A stretch of DNA of 64,000 nt from Myxococcota bacterium. Lineage in GTDB: Bacteria > Myxococcota_A > UBA9160 > UBA6930. Position 1 is the first letter of the stretch. Each line of letters opens with the position of its first letter. The notes below the pieces were generated by a model. It was given only the letters and a program-made list of their open reading frames with translations, was not told where the DNA came from and searched no databases. The position numbers were made by a program, and so were the translations under genes. Shown here piece after piece: positions 48,338-57,368 of this stretch. The stretch is taken from NCBI GenBank assembly GCA_965223415.1, contig OZ245002.1:1312001-1376000 (forward strand), written 5' to 3'.

Positions 48338-50251
48338 ATGCGAACCCTCACGACCGTCCTGTCCCTTCCCTTTCTGGCCGCGGCCCTCGCCGCGGCGGCT
48401 ACCGAGGCCCCCTTCGAGCGCACCGAGGAACGGGAGACCTGCGTCGCCTACGACGAGAACCGCCGGCCCTTCTTCGGCGATAGCCACGTCCACACCGCCT
48501 ACTCCTTCGACGCCGGGAGTCAGGATACGCGCAACACGCCCCGGGACGCCTATCGCTTCGCCAAGGGCGGGGAGGTGGGGCTCCAGCCCTTCGCCCCGGA
48601 CGGCACCCCGACCCGCACCGCCCGGCTCGACCGGCCCCTCGACTGGACCGTGGTCACCGATCACGCGGAGGTCCTCGGCGAGGTCCGGGTCTGCCGCGAT
48701 CCGAGCGCCCCGGGCTACGACTCCGACTTCTGCTGGATCTACCGCGGCTTCGGGCCCCTGGCCATGAACCTGGTGGCCCTGCGGACCATCGTGGGCAAGG
48801 AGCGCTTCCAGTTCTGCGGCGAGGACGACGTGAGCTGCCTGAAGCAGGCCGCGGTGGTGTGGGGCGACATCCAGGCGGCGGCGGAAGAGGCCTACGATCG
48901 CAGCTCGGCGTGCTCCTTCACGAGCTTCGTCGGCTACGAGTGGACGGGCTCCCTCTCGGGCGGGCAGAACCTCCATCGCAACGTCGTCTTCCGCAACGAG
49001 AAGGTGCCGGACGTGGCGCCGAGCTGGGTCGACACGCCCTCGGCCTTCGCCCACTGGCAGCGGCTCGAGGCGGACTGCGTCCAGGGCAAGCCCGGCTGCG
49101 ACGCCATCACGATCCCCCACAACTCCAACCTGAGCGGACCGGGCCTGATGTTCGCATCGGCAAAGATCGAGAAGCCCGTGGACCTCGGGATTCCGGTGGA
49201 CGCGGAGGAAGCCACGCTGCGCCAGCGCTGGGAGCCGCTGATCGAGATCATGCAGCACAAGGGCGATTCCGAGTGCCTGATGAGCGGAGACACCAGCGAC
49301 GAGGCCTGCGGCTTCGAGAAGCTCCCCTACAACAGCTTCGCCGGCGTCGGGCGCTTCCGTCAGCTGAACCTCGGCGTGGATCTCGAACCCGACGCGCGCG
49401 GCATGGTGCGCGACGCGCTGAAGAAGGGGATCGCCCTGGAGGGGAAGCTCGGGGTGAACCCGCTCAAGTACGGGATCATCGCCAGCACCGACACCCATCT
49501 CGGCACGCCGGGGCTGGTCTCCGAGGCGAACTCGAAGGGCCACGGCGGCGCGGGGCTGCGCGCCCTGGCCGGCCTCCCCGACGACCTGGAGTTCAACCCG
49601 GGCGGCCTGGCGGTGCTCTGGGCCGAGGAGAACAGCCGCGACGCGCTGTTCGCCGCCATGCAGCGGCGCGAGGCCTACGGAACCAGCGGCACGCGTCCGG
49701 TAGTGCGCTTCTTCGGCGGCTGGGGATACGAAGCGGCCCTGTGCGAGGCCGAGGACTTCGCCGCCCGAGGCTACGCCGGCGGCGTGCCGATGGGTGGCGA
49801 CCTGCCGACGGCCCCGGAAGGCGCCAGCGCGCCGGCCTTCGCAGTGTGGGCGCTGCGCGACGCGGGAGCCGAGGCCTCCCCGCTCCAGCGCATCCAGGTG
49901 GTGAAGGGCTGGGTCGAGAACGGCGAGGTGCGCGAGCAGGTCTTCGACGTGGCGGGCGGGCCGAACGAGGCGAGCGTGGACACGTCCACCTGCGAGACGA
50001 AGGGCAGCGGCGCCGAGCAGCTCTGCTCGGTCTGGCGGGATCCGGGCTTCGATGCGGACCAGGCCGCTTTCTACTACGCGCGGGTGCTCGAGAACCCGAC
50101 CTGCCGCTGGAGCCAGGCCCTGTGCGTCGCAGCGAAGGTCGATTGCAGCGACCCGAAGCCCGGCTACGAGGCCTGCTGTGCCCCGGACCACGTGAAGACG
50201 CTGCAGGAGCGGGCCTGGACCTCGCCCATCTGGTACACGCCGGGCTCGTGA
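48338..50251 (+). CDS. Secreted DUF3604 (PHP-like) protein
   Basis: Signal peptide, GDSHVHTAYSFDA, VTDHAE, NLHRNV, PHNSN, QERAWTSPIWY. Confidence 0.9.
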   Translation: MRTLTTVLSLPFLAAALAAAATEAPFERTEERETCVAYDENRRPFFGDSHVHTAYSFDAGSQDTRNTPRDAYRFAKGGEVGLQPFAPDGTPTRTARLDRPLDWTVVTDHAEVLGEVRVCRDPSAPGYDSDFCWIYRGFGPLAMNLVALRTIVGKERFQFCGEDDVSCLKQAAVVWGDIQAAAEEAYDRSSACSFTSFVGYEWTGSLSGGQNLHRNVVFRNEKVPDVAPSWVDTPSAFAHWQRLEADCVQGKPGCDAITIPHNSNLSGPGLMFASAKIEKPVDLGIPVDAEEATLRQRWEPLIEIMQHKGDSECLMSGDTSDEACGFEKLPYNSFAGVGRFRQLNLGVDLEPDARGMVRDALKKGIALEGKLGVNPLKYGIIASTDTHLGTPGLVSEANSKGHGGAGLRALAGLPDDLEFNPGGLAVLWAEENSRDALFAAMQRREAYGTSGTRPVVRFFGGWGYEAALCEAEDFAARGYAGGVPMGGDLPTAPEGASAPAFAVWALRDAGAEASPLQRIQVVKGWVENGEVREQVFDVAGGPNEASVDTSTCETKGSGAEQLCSVWRDPGFDADQAAFYYARVLENPTCRWSQALCVAAKVDCSDPKPGYEACCAPDHVKTLQERAWTSPIWYTPGS

Positions 50252-50255
50252 GCTG

Positions 50256-51416
50256 GTGAGCGGCGCCTTCGTTCCCGAGACCCTGCTCGCGGAGGCCCGC
50301 GAGCAGACGCGCCTGCAGGACTTCGGCGATCCCTCCTTCCGCGAGCCGATGGAGCGGCTCTGCCGTGCGCTCGCGGAGGAAGCACGGCTCAACCAGGTGG
50401 GCACGGCGACCCAGCGCCAGCGGGTGCTCGACATTCTCGTCACGCGGCTGCGGGTCGAGGACTTCTTCGCGCGGCACCCGGAGATCGCCGACGAGGAGAT
50501 CGGCGCGCCGCTGGTGGTCTGTGGGCTCCCCCGCACGGGCACGACCATGCTCCACCGCGTGATCGCCGAGGATCCGACCTTCGACGCGGCGCTCTGGTAC
50601 GAGGTGCGCTACCCGGCGCCCTTCGACGGCTGGAAACCCGGCGAGCCCGACGCACGCATCGCCGCCGCCGAGGAAGAGGTGCGGATGACCCTCGAGCTCG
50701 CGCCGGAGCTGATGGCGATCCATCCTTTCGAAGCCACCAGTCCGGACGAGGAGATCATGCTCCTCGAGCAGTCCTTCTTCAGCCGCACGCCCGAGTCCTA
50801 TTGCCACCTGCCGCGCTTCTCCGCCTGGCTCGAGGAGCAGGACCAGCTGCCGGGCTACCGCTACCTCCGGCGGCTGCTCCAGCTCCTGCAGTGGCAGCAC
50901 CGGCTCGAGGGACGGGCGCGGGAACGCTGGGTGCTGAAATCGCCCCACCACCTGGGCTTCCTGCCGGAGCTGTTCACGGTCTTCCCCGACGCGACGGTGA
51001 TCCAGACCCACCGCGACCCGGTGGACTCGATCCCATCCATCTGCAGCCTGTGCTTCCACCTGGAGACGATGGGCTGCGACGACCCGGACCCGAAGGCCAC
51101 CGGCGCCCACTGGAGCGCCGGCTGGGCCCGCTTCCTTGAGCGCGCCATGGCCTACCGGGACGCCGGCCACGAGGACCGCTTCCTCGACATCGACTACCTC
51201 CACTCGGTGAAGGACCCGGTCGCCACCGTCGCCCGGATCTACGCCTTCCTCGGCCGCGAGCTCACCCCGATCGCCGAGGACAAGATGCGCGCCTGGACCG
51301 AGGCCAACGCCCGCGACAAGCGCGCCGCCCACGCCTACACCCCCGCCCAGTTCGGCCTCACCGAAGCCACCCTCGCCCGCGACTTCGCCCCCTACCGCAC
51401 CCGCTTCGTCAAGTAG
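50256..51416 (+). CDS. Sulfotransferase family protein
   Basis: GLPRTGTT, WVLKSPHH, THRDP. Confidence 0.92.
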   Translation: MSGAFVPETLLAEAREQTRLQDFGDPSFREPMERLCRALAEEARLNQVGTATQRQRVLDILVTRLRVEDFFARHPEIADEEIGAPLVVCGLPRTGTTMLHRVIAEDPTFDAALWYEVRYPAPFDGWKPGEPDARIAAAEEEVRMTLELAPELMAIHPFEATSPDEEIMLLEQSFFSRTPESYCHLPRFSAWLEEQDQLPGYRYLRRLLQLLQWQHRLEGRARERWVLKSPHHLGFLPELFTVFPDATVIQTHRDPVDSIPSICSLCFHLETMGCDDPDPKATGAHWSAGWARFLERAMAYRDAGHEDRFLDIDYLHSVKDPVATVARIYAFLGRELTPIAEDKMRAWTEANARDKRAAHAYTPAQFGLTEATLARDFAPYRTRFVK

Positions 51417-51444
51417 AGAACCGCCGTCCGTTTATTGAGCCGTT

Positions 51445-51478
51445 GTTGCGTTAGGGGCCGGTTCCGTTTGTTGCGTTG
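51445..51478. repeat. 34-bp REP-like element, family B
   Basis: GTTGCGTT-AGGGGCCGGTTCCGTTT-GTTGCGTTG between convergent genes. Confidence 0.8.
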
Positions 51479-53935
51479 CTAGGTGAGGGCGCCGGATTCG
51501 GCGAGGCGGGCCACGTCGTCGTCGGTGTAGCCCAGGTGCTCGGTGAGGACTTCGAAGGTGTGCTGGCCGATGGTGGGGCCGGCGTGGGTGGGGCGTGAGG
51601 GCGTGGCGGAGAAGCGCGTCACGGGGCCATCGAAGCGGATGCGGCCCATGCGCGGGTGGTCGAGCTCGACGAAGAAGTCCCGGGCCAGGAGCTGCGGATC
51701 CTCGTGGAGGTCGGTGGCGCGCATGACCACGTAGGAGGGGACCCCCTGCTCCCGGAGAGAGCGGGCGAGCGCGAAGGGCTCACGCTCAGCGCACCAGGCG
51801 GCGAGCGGCGCCTCGAGCTCGGCCTTCCGGGCGATGCGCGCCGGGAGCGCATCGAGGTCCGGCGTCGCGAGCGCGGCCAGGTCGGGAACCGCTCCGCACA
51901 GGGCACGCCATTGTTCCGGCGTCTCGGTGGCGATCGCCAGGTATCGCTCCGTGCCCTCGGCGGCAAAGACGCCGTGCGGGCAGGCTCGCGCCGAATCGTG
52001 TCCCGGCCGCTCCTGCACGCGTCCGTTCACCGTGTAGTCGAGCACCATCGGCTCGAGGAAGTGGATCGCCCCCTCGATCTGGGCAAAGTCGATGTATTGG
52101 CCCTCGCCGGTGCGGTCGCGGTGGTGGAGCGCCGCCCCCAGGGCCGCCAGGGAGTAGCGGGGTGCGATGAAGTCGGTGTAGGCGCCCCAGGGCCCCGAGG
52201 GCACGCGATCCGGCCAGCCCGTCACCGCGACGAAGCCCGCCAGACCCGCGCCCTGCAGGCCGAAGCCCGTGTAGGCGGCCTCCGGCCCGGTCTGGCCGCG
52301 CATGCACGAGGAGATCATCACCAGCTCCGGCTTGCGGCGCCGCAGGGTCTCGTAGTCGAGCCCGAGCTTCGCGGCGGAGCCGGGTGTGAAGCTCTCGGTG
52401 ACCACGTCCGCCCAGTCCACCAGCCGAAGCGCCACCTCGCGCCCTTCCGCGGTGGAGAGATCGAGGGCGAGGCCCAGCTTGGATTGATTGAAGTTCGCCA
52501 TGGCGTAGCCGGTGCTGACGTTCGGCACGCCGTCCTTCCAGGGCGGGATCATGCGAAGCGGGTCGACATGCTTCTCGCTCTCGACCCGAAGCACGGTGGC
52601 GCCGAGGTTCGCCAGGTCCTTCGACACCAGCGGGAGCGCACCGACCCAGGAGAAGTCGGCCACCTTGAGCCCTTCGAAGATCGAGGCGCGCGGCGCCGCC
52701 GAAACCCGGGCGGGAACCAGCGGAGGTCGATTCGCGCTCTCCACCAGCGCCTGGTGCTGGCCGAGGGCCGGCGCCTCCGCGCGGTACACGACCGGCGTCG
52801 CGGACAGCCGGGCGAAAGGCCCCGGGTGGGTCGTTCCCGCGACGTCGACCCAGTAGTCCCGGGAGGCGAGCTGCGGATCGCCCAGCAGGTCGGCGGCGCT
52901 CCAGGCGGGCCCGATCAACCACTTGCCGTCGTGCGCGCGCTGCTGGATCTCGGCCTTGGTGCAGGTGCCGAGGAACGCCACGAGCTGGTCGAAGGCCCTT
53001 GCGATGGCCGGCGGCGTGATCTTGCCCTGGCCGAGCAGCTCGAACATCACGCTCCAGTCGTGATCGGCGAGGTCGTCGTCGATGGCGCCGCTCTCTGCCG
53101 CCCAGCGCATCATCGAGCCGAAGCTGCGCGCGCCGACCTCGGCGAGCACGAGCGTCATTACGACGAAGCCGTCCTTGCAGGCGGCCCTGTCCGGCACCAC
53201 GACGCCGGGCAGGAGCTCCTGGGGTTGGCGACGGTTCTCGCCCGAGCCCGGCTGGTTGTCGCCCATCAGCACCGGGTAGCCCTCTGCGAAGAGCAGCGTC
53301 CACAGCACCGCGGCCTGGCAGGAGACGTCCAGGTGTTGGCCGCGTCCGTCGCGGTGACGACCGTAGAGGGCGAGGATCGCGTCGGCGGCGGCCTGGACGC
53401 CGGCGTGGTGGGAGGTCTCCGGGTGCCCGATCGGAACCGGCGGCCGGTCCCGGTCGCCCTGCAGGTTCACGAGCCCACCGGCGCACGCGAGGGTGAGGTC
53501 CGTGGCGGGGCTCTCCGCCTCGGGTCCGGTGCGTCCGAACGGGGTGACGGAGACGTAGAGGAGAGCGGGGTTCAGCGCGTGCAGCGCGTCGAAGCCGAGG
53601 CCCAGGCGGTCGAGGGAGCCCGGCGCGGAGGACTCGATCAGGATGTCGGCGCCCCGGACCAGCTCGAGGAGGCGATCGCGGTCGGCTTCGTCCTCGATGT
53701 CGAGCACGACGCTCTTCTTGCCGAGCCCCCACGCCCGCCAGAAGAGCGAGCCGTCCGGATCGCCTTCGCGCCCGTCCTCGAAGGGAGCCAGGAAGCGGGC
53801 CTCGCAGCCACTCGGCGGCTCGACCTTGATGACCTCGGCGCCGAGGTCCGCCAGCACGCGGCCGGTGGCTTCCGCCAGGGGGGTGGCGAGATCGATCACG
53901 CGAAGGCCCGCGAGGGCGCCGGCAGTGTCGGGCAT
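51479..53935 (-). CDS. Class III CoA transferase with two fused CaiB/BaiF domains
   Basis: Two repeats: LADLGAEVIKVE and LANLGATVLRVE. SD GGAGGG. Confidence 0.92.
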   Translation of the reverse strand: MPDTAGALAGLRVIDLATPLAEATGRVLADLGAEVIKVEPPSGCEARFLAPFEDGREGDPDGSLFWRAWGLGKKSVVLDIEDEADRDRLLELVRGADILIESSAPGSLDRLGLGFDALHALNPALLYVSVTPFGRTGPEAESPATDLTLACAGGLVNLQGDRDRPPVPIGHPETSHHAGVQAAADAILALYGRHRDGRGQHLDVSCQAAVLWTLLFAEGYPVLMGDNQPGSGENRRQPQELLPGVVVPDRAACKDGFVVMTLVLAEVGARSFGSMMRWAAESGAIDDDLADHDWSVMFELLGQGKITPPAIARAFDQLVAFLGTCTKAEIQQRAHDGKWLIGPAWSAADLLGDPQLASRDYWVDVAGTTHPGPFARLSATPVVYRAEAPALGQHQALVESANRPPLVPARVSAAPRASIFEGLKVADFSWVGALPLVSKDLANLGATVLRVESEKHVDPLRMIPPWKDGVPNVSTGYAMANFNQSKLGLALDLSTAEGREVALRLVDWADVVTESFTPGSAAKLGLDYETLRRRKPELVMISSCMRGQTGPEAAYTGFGLQGAGLAGFVAVTGWPDRVPSGPWGAYTDFIAPRYSLAALGAALHHRDRTGEGQYIDFAQIEGAIHFLEPMVLDYTVNGRVQERPGHDSARACPHGVFAAEGTERYLAIATETPEQWRALCGAVPDLAALATPDLDALPARIARKAELEAPLAAWCAEREPFALARSLREQGVPSYVVMRATDLHEDPQLLARDFFVELDHPRMGRIRFDGPVTRFSATPSRPTHAGPTIGQHTFEVLTEHLGYTDDDVARLAESGALT

Positions 53936-53963
53936 GGTCCCTCCCTGCTCCAGGAGCCTGGGC

Positions 53964-53971
53964 AGTATAAT
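53964..53971. promoter_or_regulatory. Overlapping bidirectional -10 boxes (TATAAT plus, TATACT minus)
   Basis: AGTATAAT between divergent genes. TATAAT lies 8 nt before ATG 53980. Confidence 0.7.
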
Positions 53972-53979
53972 CCGGCGCG

Positions 53980-55077
53980 ATGTCCGAACCGAACCCCGGA
54001 AAAGCGGTCCGCGATCCCCAGAGCTACCAGCAGGCCCTGAACGGCTGGATGGCCCGGGCCCAGCCCGAACGCGAGGGCCTGCGGGTGCACGACGTGGACA
54101 TGCCCCGGGCCACCGGCTTCTCGAACGAGACCGTCTTCTTCTCCGCCAGCTGGCGGGAGGGCGGGCGCGAGCGCAGCCAGCCCTACGTGGCGCGCATCGA
54201 GCCCGAGAGCGGCGGCCTGTTCCCGGTGCAGAACCCCGCCTGCGCTGTCTCGGTCGGCCTCCAGCACCGCGTGATGGAGGCGGTGCGGAGCGCCGGCCTC
54301 GCGCCGGTGCCGCCCACACTCCCCTACGAAGCCGACGCCTCGGTCCTCGGCAGCCCCTTCTTCGTGATGGAGTTCGTGCCGGGCGAGATCCCCGCGGACG
54401 TGCCGCGCTACTCCACCGACGGCTTCCTGGTCGACCGGGCCATCCCGGCCGAGCGCGAGCGCATGATCACGAGCGGCATCGAGACCATGGCTTCCCTTCA
54501 CGCTCTCGATTGGCGGGAAGCGGGGCTCGGCTGGCTCGACGCCTCCGGCACCGGCGCACCGACGATGGCCGACCAGCTGCGCATCTACCGCGACACGATC
54601 GAGCGTCAGCTGGGCGACCGCGAGCACCCGGTGCTGTTGCGAAGCCTCGGCTGGCTCGACGCCCATGTCCCGAACGCCGAGCCCGGCCTCTCCTGGGGCG
54701 ACGCCCGCCTCGGCAACATGATCTGGCAGGACTACCGCTGCGCCGCCGTCGTCGACTGGGAGGCCGCCTCCCTCTGCCCCCCGGAGGCCGACATCGGCTG
54801 GTGGGTGATGTTCGACCGCATGTCCTTCGACGACATGGACGCCCCACGCCTCGAGGGCTTCCCGACCCGCGAGGAGATGGTCGCCCTCTGGGAGGAGAAG
54901 ACCGGTCGAAAGGTCGCCGCCGATATCCACTACTGGGAGATCTTCGGCGTCATGCGCTTCTGCCAGGTCATGATCGGCCTCGGCGACCGCATGACCGCCG
55001 CCGGCCTCGCCCCCCCCGAAGCCAACATGTCCATCAACAACGGCGTCACCGAAGCCCTCGCCAGGCTGTTAAGCTAG
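53980..55077 (+). CDS. APH-like phosphotransferase family protein
   Basis: GFSNET, FFVMEFVPG, WGDARLGN, VVDWE. Confidence 0.9.
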   Translation: MSEPNPGKAVRDPQSYQQALNGWMARAQPEREGLRVHDVDMPRATGFSNETVFFSASWREGGRERSQPYVARIEPESGGLFPVQNPACAVSVGLQHRVMEAVRSAGLAPVPPTLPYEADASVLGSPFFVMEFVPGEIPADVPRYSTDGFLVDRAIPAERERMITSGIETMASLHALDWREAGLGWLDASGTGAPTMADQLRIYRDTIERQLGDREHPVLLRSLGWLDAHVPNAEPGLSWGDARLGNMIWQDYRCAAVVDWEAASLCPPEADIGWWVMFDRMSFDDMDAPRLEGFPTREEMVALWEEKTGRKVAADIHYWEIFGVMRFCQVMIGLGDRMTAAGLAPPEANMSINNGVTEALARLLS

Positions 55078-55101
55078 GGGCCGGTTCCGTTTGTTAAGTT
55101 G
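55068..55101. repeat. 34-bp REP-like element, family B, overlapping both convergent stop codons
   Basis: GTTAAGCT-AGGGGCCGGTTCCGTTT-GTTAAGTTG. Confidence 0.8.
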
Positions 55102-56084
55102 TAGATGCGCTCGGCGGTGTCGTGGAAGAGCAGGCGCTTCTCGTTCGGCGAGAAGGAAGCGGCGACGCGCTTGAAGGCGTTCCAGAGCACCCGGTAGGAG
55201 CAGGAGAGCTTGTCGACCGGGAAGTTGCTCTCGAAGAGGCACCGCTCCGGGCCGAAGGCCTCGATGGCGGCCAGGGTGTAGGGACGGATCGCAGCGGCCA
55301 GCTCCTCGCTTCCCGGCGGACGATCGCGCTCGTGCCAGCCGAAGCCGTTGATGCGCATCTGGAGGCCGCCGATCTTGACGACGACGTTCGGGCAGGTCGC
55401 CAGCTCTCCGATTGCACGGCGCCAATCGGCGAAGACCTCCCCCCGGCGCCCTGCGTAGGGCCCGACGCCGAGCGGCCCGCCGAAGTGGTCGAGCACGATC
55501 GTCGTGTGCGGGAAGGCCCTCGCAAGAGCGGTGAGCTCGGAGATCTGCGGGTGGTAGAGCCAGGCGTCGAAGCTGAGACCCAGCTCGCCGAGGAGCGCGA
55601 AGCCCCGCCGAAAGGTGGCGTCGCCCAGGAGCCCCGGCGGCGGCGAGGCGCGCCCGATGCCCAGGTGGCCGCTCGGGTCCCAACGCGTCGAATGCCGGAT
55701 GCCTCGGAAGCGATCCGGACTCGCCGCCCGATGCGCCTCCAGCACGGACCGCACGCCGTCGCCGAGGGTGAGATCCGCGTGGCTCACGATCCCCGCGGCG
55801 ACGCGCGGCGCCCCGCGAGGCACGACCACGCCGTCCACGAACTCCGTCTCGCCCACCGGCCGCAACGCCTCGGGTCCTTCCGGCCGGTACATCGCCCCGC
55901 ACTCGACGAAGACGCTGCTCACGACGCGGTGCCCGCCGCGCTCTACGTCCGCGAGCAGCTCCCCCTGCAGGTAGCGCCCCCGCCCGGGCTTGCCCTCCCA
56001 CAGGTGGTGGTGCGCGTCGCAGATCTCGAGCTCGGGCTCGAGCACCTCCTCTTCTGCCTGGGCCAGCCAGGCTTCGCGCTCCAT
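55074..56084 (-). CDS. Amidohydrolase family protein (lactonase-like)
   Basis: DAHHHLW, IVLDHFG, FESNFPVD. Confidence 0.9.
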   Translation of the reverse strand: MEREAWLAQAEEEVLEPELEICDAHHHLWEGKPGRGRYLQGELLADVERGGHRVVSSVFVECGAMYRPEGPEALRPVGETEFVDGVVVPRGAPRVAAGIVSHADLTLGDGVRSVLEAHRAASPDRFRGIRHSTRWDPSGHLGIGRASPPPGLLGDATFRRGFALLGELGLSFDAWLYHPQISELTALARAFPHTTIVLDHFGGPLGVGPYAGRRGEVFADWRRAIGELATCPNVVVKIGGLQMRINGFGWHERDRPPGSEELAAAIRPYTLAAIEAFGPERCLFESNFPVDKLSCSYRVLWNAFKRVAASFSPNEKRLLFHDTAERIYNLTNGTGP

Positions 56085-56125
56085 CCGGCGATGCTAGCCT
56101 GACCCGTCTTCCCCAAGGAGATCCC

Positions 56126-57361
56126 ATGATCGAATGGAGCGAGCAGCACGAGATGATCCGCGACGCGGTGCGCCGCTTCATCGACGAGGAGATCGTCCCC
56201 CACCTGGACGACCTGGAGCACGGCGACCTTCCGCCCTACGACATCCTGCGCAAGATGTACGCGACCTTCGGCATGGACGAGATGGCGCGCACGCGTTTCC
56301 GCCGCCAGATCGAGCGGGCCAAGGCGGGCGGGGCCAAGGAGAAGAAGGCCCGCGAAGGCGACGGCAGCGGCGACGGCGCCGCCATGCAGCTCATCCCCAT
56401 CATCGAGCTGTGCCGCTACTGCCCGGGCATGGTCACGGCGATGGGCGTCTCCGTCGGGCTGACCGGAGCCGCGGTGATGGGCAAGGGCACCACCCCGCAG
56501 AAGGAACGCTGGGGCGAGGATCTCCTCACCCTGGCCAAGGTCGGCGCCTGGGCGATCACCGAGCCGGGCTCCGGCTCCGACGCCTTCGGCGGCATGAAAG
56601 CCTCCGCGCGGCGCGAAGGCGACGAGTTCGTGCTGAACGGCAGCAAGACCTTCATCACGAACGGCCCCTACGCCGACACGATCGTCTTCATCTGCAAGCT
56701 CGAGGAAGAAGGCGTCGACCCCCGTGACCGCAAGATCCTGAACTTCGTGCTCGATCGCGGCATGCCGGGCCTCGAGCAGAGCAAGCCCCTGCGCAAGATG
56801 GGCCTGCACTCGTCGCCCACCGGCGAGCTGTATCTCTCCGACGTGCGCTGCGGCATCGACCGACTGCTTGGCGGGGAGGAGGCGCTGGCCAGGAGCCGCG
56901 GCGCCGGCCGCGAGGGCGCCAAGGACACCTTCCAGACCGAGCGCACCGGCGTCGCCGCCATGGCCCTCGGCATCGTCTCCCGGTGCGTCGAGCTCTCCGT
57001 GGCCTACGCCAAGGAGCGCGTGCAGTGGGACCGGCCGATCGGCGAGTACCAGCTGATCCAGGAGAAGCTGGCGCGCATGGAGGTGGCGCGGATGAACCTC
57101 CAGAACCTCGTCTTCCGCACCATCGAGCTCTCGGCGAAGGGAAAGGGAATGGGCCTCGCCGAGGCCTCGGCGATGAAGCTCTACGCCGCCCGCGCCGCCG
57201 TCGAGGTGGCGATGGAGGCGGTGCAGGTCTTCGGCGGCAACGGCTACATGGCCGAGTACCGCGTCGAGCAGCTCGCCCGCGACGCCAAGGTGCTGCAGAT
57301 CTACGCCGGCACCGACGAGATCCAGATCCGCGCCATCGCCCGCGATCTCCTGACCGGCTGA
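56126..57361 (+). CDS. Acyl-CoA dehydrogenase
   Basis: AITEPGSGSDA, NGSKTFITNG, QVFGGNGY, IYAGTDEIQ. Confidence 0.94.
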   Translation: MIEWSEQHEMIRDAVRRFIDEEIVPHLDDLEHGDLPPYDILRKMYATFGMDEMARTRFRRQIERAKAGGAKEKKAREGDGSGDGAAMQLIPIIELCRYCPGMVTAMGVSVGLTGAAVMGKGTTPQKERWGEDLLTLAKVGAWAITEPGSGSDAFGGMKASARREGDEFVLNGSKTFITNGPYADTIVFICKLEEEGVDPRDRKILNFVLDRGMPGLEQSKPLRKMGLHSSPTGELYLSDVRCGIDRLLGGEEALARSRGAGREGAKDTFQTERTGVAAMALGIVSRCVELSVAYAKERVQWDRPIGEYQLIQEKLARMEVARMNLQNLVFRTIELSAKGKGMGLAEASAMKLYAARAAVEVAMEAVQVFGGNGYMAEYRVEQLARDAKVLQIYAGTDEIQIRAIARDLLTG

Positions 57362-57368
57362 CGCGTCC

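Noticed and set aside
55068..55101. Integron attC/attI site (GTTAAGC and GTTAAGT fit GTTRRRY)
   Set aside because: No inverted RYYYAAC partner, the other copies do not fit the consensus, and there is no integrase or cassette array.
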